NCBI GenBank assembly: GCA_965603825.1
Contig: CBFDEM010000031.1
Location: 1 to 64,000, forward strand
Direction: 5' to 3'
Length of the DNA: 64,000 nucleotides
Origin: Blepharisma stoltei ATCC 30299
Taxonomy: Eukaryota > Protista > Ciliophora
This document shows, one piece after another, positions 60,063-64,000 of this stretch; the stretch's first letter is position 1, and each line of letters begins with the position of its first letter. Position numbers and translations under genes: made by a program. A model generated the notes under the pieces. The model was not told the DNA's origin and ran no database searches. It saw nothing but the letters and a program-made list of their open reading frames with translations.

Positions 60063-60971
60063 ATGAGAAGACACAAACTTAACCTAAAAACTTCTTTTCT
60101 TAAGAAAAATTCGAGTAAAGCTATACAACTGAAGCAGTCTGTGAGCAGGCAAGCAATACAAGAAAAGTGTATGAATGAGTTAATTGGCATGGTCATGACC
60201 AAAAGCAATTCAAACCAAAAATTTAAAAAACCTGAAAATTCTTTGACAAGCACAAAGTGTCTGCAGAACACATCACCTATAAAAGCCCCGTCGCTTGGCT
60301 TAGGCTTTCCTTTAGTACTAAAAGAAGAAATACCTCCACTAACGAAAATTTATCCCCAAAAAATAACCCCAAAACTGCTTAATATAAAGCCTGTCCAGAA
60401 ATTCCACACCCATTATATATCAGGAGAAAACTTGCCTCCAGCACAGCGGTCACAGTCTTGCACCCCAGGTATGAGAAGAAAACTTACTGAGTCCCGGCTC
60501 AATTTACGAGGAATTGATTCTGCATGCTGTGCTGTACAATGTGACTCAAAAAGCTTAAGGAAAACAGAAAGAGAAGCAAGCAAGGAAAATTCTTGCGACT
60601 TTGACAACGACAAAGAAAGAAGCCCTCCAGCAATAATAAGACGCTCTGTATATACAAAAATAAAAAAATTGGAAAATGATGCAAATGATATGAAATTCAG
60701 GATTTCTCATTGCGAACTTATGGTTCCAAGCACCCATGGATCGTCCCCTATAGATCAAAATGATTCAATTTCTAGGATAAGAGGATTTTCTCCATCAAGA
60801 ATAAAAAAACTAGAATGGAATTGGTCGAAAAGCAACTTAACAAGGTCAAAATCTCCTAAATGTGAGAGAAGGTCGAAATCACCTAGCTGTGCGCACACTG
60901 GGGTTGTAATAACACCGATATCTAGCTCAATTAATATAACTCCCAGGACCCTTAAGAGATATTATTGTTAA
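60063..60971 (+). CDS. Hypothetical S/K/R-rich disordered protein (302 aa)
   Basis: Intact ORF with no recognisable domain. Confidence 0.75.
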   Translation: MRRHKLNLKTSFLKKNSSKAIQLKQSVSRQAIQEKCMNELIGMVMTKSNSNQKFKKPENSLTSTKCLQNTSPIKAPSLGLGFPLVLKEEIPPLTKIYPQKITPKLLNIKPVQKFHTHYISGENLPPAQRSQSCTPGMRRKLTESRLNLRGIDSACCAVQCDSKSLRKTEREASKENSCDFDNDKERSPPAIIRRSVYTKIKKLENDANDMKFRISHCELMVPSTHGSSPIDQNDSISRIRGFSPSRIKKLEWNWSKSNLTRSKSPKCERRSKSPSCAHTGVVITPISSSINITPRTLKRYYC

Positions 60972-60975
60972 ACTA

Positions 60976-63900
60976 TTAGATCTTAAGGTACTTTCTAATA
61001 TCTAAATTCATATTTTTTGTTGTGTCTTCTTTGCTGAGAATAATTACATTATTCACTTTTTTTAATAAATGCTGCCTGTGTAGGTGAAAATCTCCTCTGA
61101 TAATGTTTGAATAATATAAAAGGATTGGGCTTGTGATAGGAATAACAGCTGAGTTTATGCTTGGAATGTAAAAAGGTGCCCAGGTCCCGTCTATGTATTC
61201 TCCAGCTTTTATTTCGAGGTTTGCTTTATTAAATGATGAGATAATGTGATCAATAAGTGGCTGATCAATGCCAAAACACTTAAAATAATCAAAATCGTGT
61301 CAGAATTTCTTGACTTTTTCTTCATAAATATTGATACTTTTGAAATCTGGATCCAGTTGGAAGTGGTCTGCAAGTAAAAAGTGCTTAAAAGTAGGCTGTT
61401 CACAATCAAAATACTTACTATTCTCGATATGTTTCATTATAAGTGATTTATTTTCTCTAAAAGCAACAAGCCCATATATTCAATTAGTATATTCTCTATC
61501 GCTTTCAAAAACAAGTGCTTTGCTTTCCACGAAATTTATCATATTTTGAGTGACTTCACGTGCCCAGTTTTCCTGCTCAAATCTTAAATCTGCTAAACAT
61601 GAGAGAGTTCCTGACAAATAAGCAGAGCTAAAGTCATTCTGCTTATTGCAAACAGATTGCACAGCTTCTCTAGCATCAAGCCCTATATCTCTGATTTTTT
61701 CAATAAGTTTTTCTCTTGATCTTTCAGGGTTCATATATTTTGAAATATTTTGATTTTTTCATAAAATATACCCATAATCAATATCCAAGGACAAATGCTT
61801 ACCTGCGAAGCTAATTAATTCAGTAAGTTCATTGAATGTCAGATACCCAATAGCTTTTAAAACAAATTCTTTTGTTAATGATGCTAAAACATTTCATAGC
61901 TCTATATGATCATTTTTGTTTGTTTCTGAAAAAGAGTTAAGAATCTGAAGTAGCTTAAAAAGAGACTCTGTATGTAATTTTGGTATATAATCTTTTAAAA
62001 AGTTTATAATAAAACTCTCTATTATCTCATTTTTCGAATAACTTAAATACCTTTTTATTGTCGTGGTCAGCAAGTTTACTCCCATATTTTGGTTGAAAAC
62101 TTTATTTAGCGCCACTTTACTAATTTCCACATCAGAGCATTTTAAAGAAATAATAAGCAGCATCCAAATGTTATTTTCTCTATTAAAAGCATTATTCGAA
62201 AAGACCCTATCAGCCACTTCTGTCTCCAGCATCCCCAATCTTGCTGCTAAATATAAAACTTTTAAATTTCCCTTATCAAATAAAAAATCAACTGGCAAGT
62301 CTTTGATTAATTTATAAGACCCTGATATTAAATCAGATATAAGGCTCAGTTCCCCTTTCATATTATTTAAATGATAAAAAAAATCATTTTTTGTGTATAT
62401 GCTTTTTTCATTTAAAAAATCATAAGGATCTAATTTGTTTAAAATCCGAAGGAAGTCATTTCATATTGCATTGTCTGAAATTTCAGTAATTTTTTTCATA
62501 GCTATTCCGATTCATATTGGAGAAAGCTTCTTTTCATAATTGGATAATAAATAATTTATTGCCTCAAAAGGACCTCCAAAATGTTTTATTGCTTCTGCAA
62601 CTCCTTGTATAGAAAAAATATTGCTATTTTCAGTAAGAAAGAGTCGTCAGGCTACAGGATCTGCTTCATAAAACTTCATAAAGTAGTTCAAGTTTCAGAC
62701 GCTTTTTTCAGCTTTTTCTTTATTTGCTAAACCTTTATAAATTATAGGCTGTATTGGCTTTAAAGCTCTCATAAGTTCTGTGCTATATTCTCTATGAGAC
62801 ATCCACTCACATAAGGTAATTACATTATGATCGTCCTGTAGAAGCCAATTATTAAGGCTGCTAATAATAATACTGCTTATTCTATCCAACCCATGGGCTT
62901 TATAGTCCTTTGTAAGAACTATGCAATTTAAAATCCCTATTTTGTCAATCCCTGAAATATTCTCAATTTTCGAATAATCATTTTTCATAAACTTTTCTCT
63001 TGGAATAAAATTTAGTAGAGGCAAAAGCTTTCCTTTAATATTGATGTTTATTAATGAAGCCTGTCTGAATGCTTCAAAGCTTGGTATATATGTGAACTTA
63101 TACCTGTTTATTTGGCTTGATAGCAATTTTGCAGTTTCTAAGTCAATATTCGGCTTCACAAAATCAAGAATTTTCCGAATATTTACCTCATTTATAGAGT
63201 CGCTGAACATTTTTGAATTAATTGTTTTCATGCAATTCAAAATTATTTTGTCGATAATTAAAACAGTCTTTGTGTCTTCTTTTAATAAATTAGCTATTTC
63301 AATCGCAAATTCCAATGTCTGGCCACTTTCTAGCATTTTATCAATTCTTTCTAAAGCACGCAGCCATAGATTTTTATCAAAAGCTCTATGAGTTTTATAA
63401 AATTTGAGAATTGATATCAAGCCATTTTCTTTCCACCTTGGTAAGGTATTTTCAACTATTTTTAAAAACATTTTGATTTGGTTTCGGTATTTTCGATTAT
63501 CAAGTTCACATACCAAGCTCTCCATTATTTTCGATAAATAGTGTGCATCAAGTTCTTCTGTTTGACTGAGACTGAATATTCTTTTCATACATATACTAAA
63601 CAAGTCAGTGCTCCTAGAGTACATATATTTCCCATTGGCAACAAAAATTTGTGAAATTTCTTCGAGGCTGAGCTCTTCAGGGTTATAAGTTATATAAGCG
63701 ACCTCGTCTTCTAGCTCTTGTATATAGTAGCCTTGGGCAGGCAAGTGCTCATATATTGACATAATCTGTTTTCTATCCAGAGATTTGTTTACCAGCAGCT
63801 GAGTAATACGGGAGATCAGCAATTGCTTTTTTTCGATAGATAAAAACCGCTTTTTGAATAAGTGTGAGTTTGCCAGCCATTCACAGAAATCGACGATTCC

Positions 63901-63999
63901 ATTAGAATCGAGCTTGCTGATGCTATTTTCAGCCTTTTCTATGATTTGGTATAGTTTGACCTTGGTTTCATTTGATTCGAATTGCCCTTTTTGTGATTT
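60976..63999 (-). CDS. Large helical-repeat protein, possibly RAP-domain (5' end outside the window, >1000 aa)
   Basis: Single frame from the window end to TAA 60976-78 with TGA=Trp. C-terminal YSNIIRGDFHLHRQHLL..VNNVIIL loosely resembles a RAP domain. Confidence 0.7.
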
Positions 64000-64000
64000 A

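Noticed and set aside
3760-64000. Transposons or retained IESs
   Set aside because: I saw no transposase or RT motifs, no terminal inverted repeats, and no TA-bounded insert interrupting an otherwise intact gene. Intergenic IESs cannot be excluded by eye.

Overview
This window is a chromosome end from a heterotrich ciliate, most likely Blepharisma. It has about 3.75 kb of (CCCTAACA)n telomere, TGA read as Trp throughout (TAA/TAG are the stops), and 15-16 nt introns. Stentor shares the telomere repeat and tiny introns but uses the standard code. The supplied ORF track treats TGA as stop, so it fragments most genes; I rejoined them by hand. Positions 3.75-21.7 kb are a subtelomere of mostly decayed gene-family members: Cys-rich/REJ surface protein, WD40-TRP channel, cathepsin, NDR kinase, Kelch-like and TPR. 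It also holds an intact Kelch-like protein fused to a degenerate uracil-DNA glycosylase domain. From 22 kb onward the DNA is gene-dense: an LNR-TM-RING ligase, a tandem pair of voltage-sensor adenylyl cyclases (one with degenerate catalytic residues and a 7x repeat insert), a 4-copy secreted protein array, RNase T2, BAH-PHD, MAPEG, a 4-copy 3R-Myb array, TMEM209-like, TDY MAPK, Nup214-like, CHCH, FN3-ILEI, LRR, C2H2 ZnF, MPP-alpha and a RAP-like protein. Three non-coding RNA loci sit in intergenic gaps: a compact RNase MRP RNA, a candidate H/ACA snoRNA, and an unidentified ~100-nt structured RNA that shares the MRP upstream motif and has a T-run terminator. The last is the best candidate for something undescribed.
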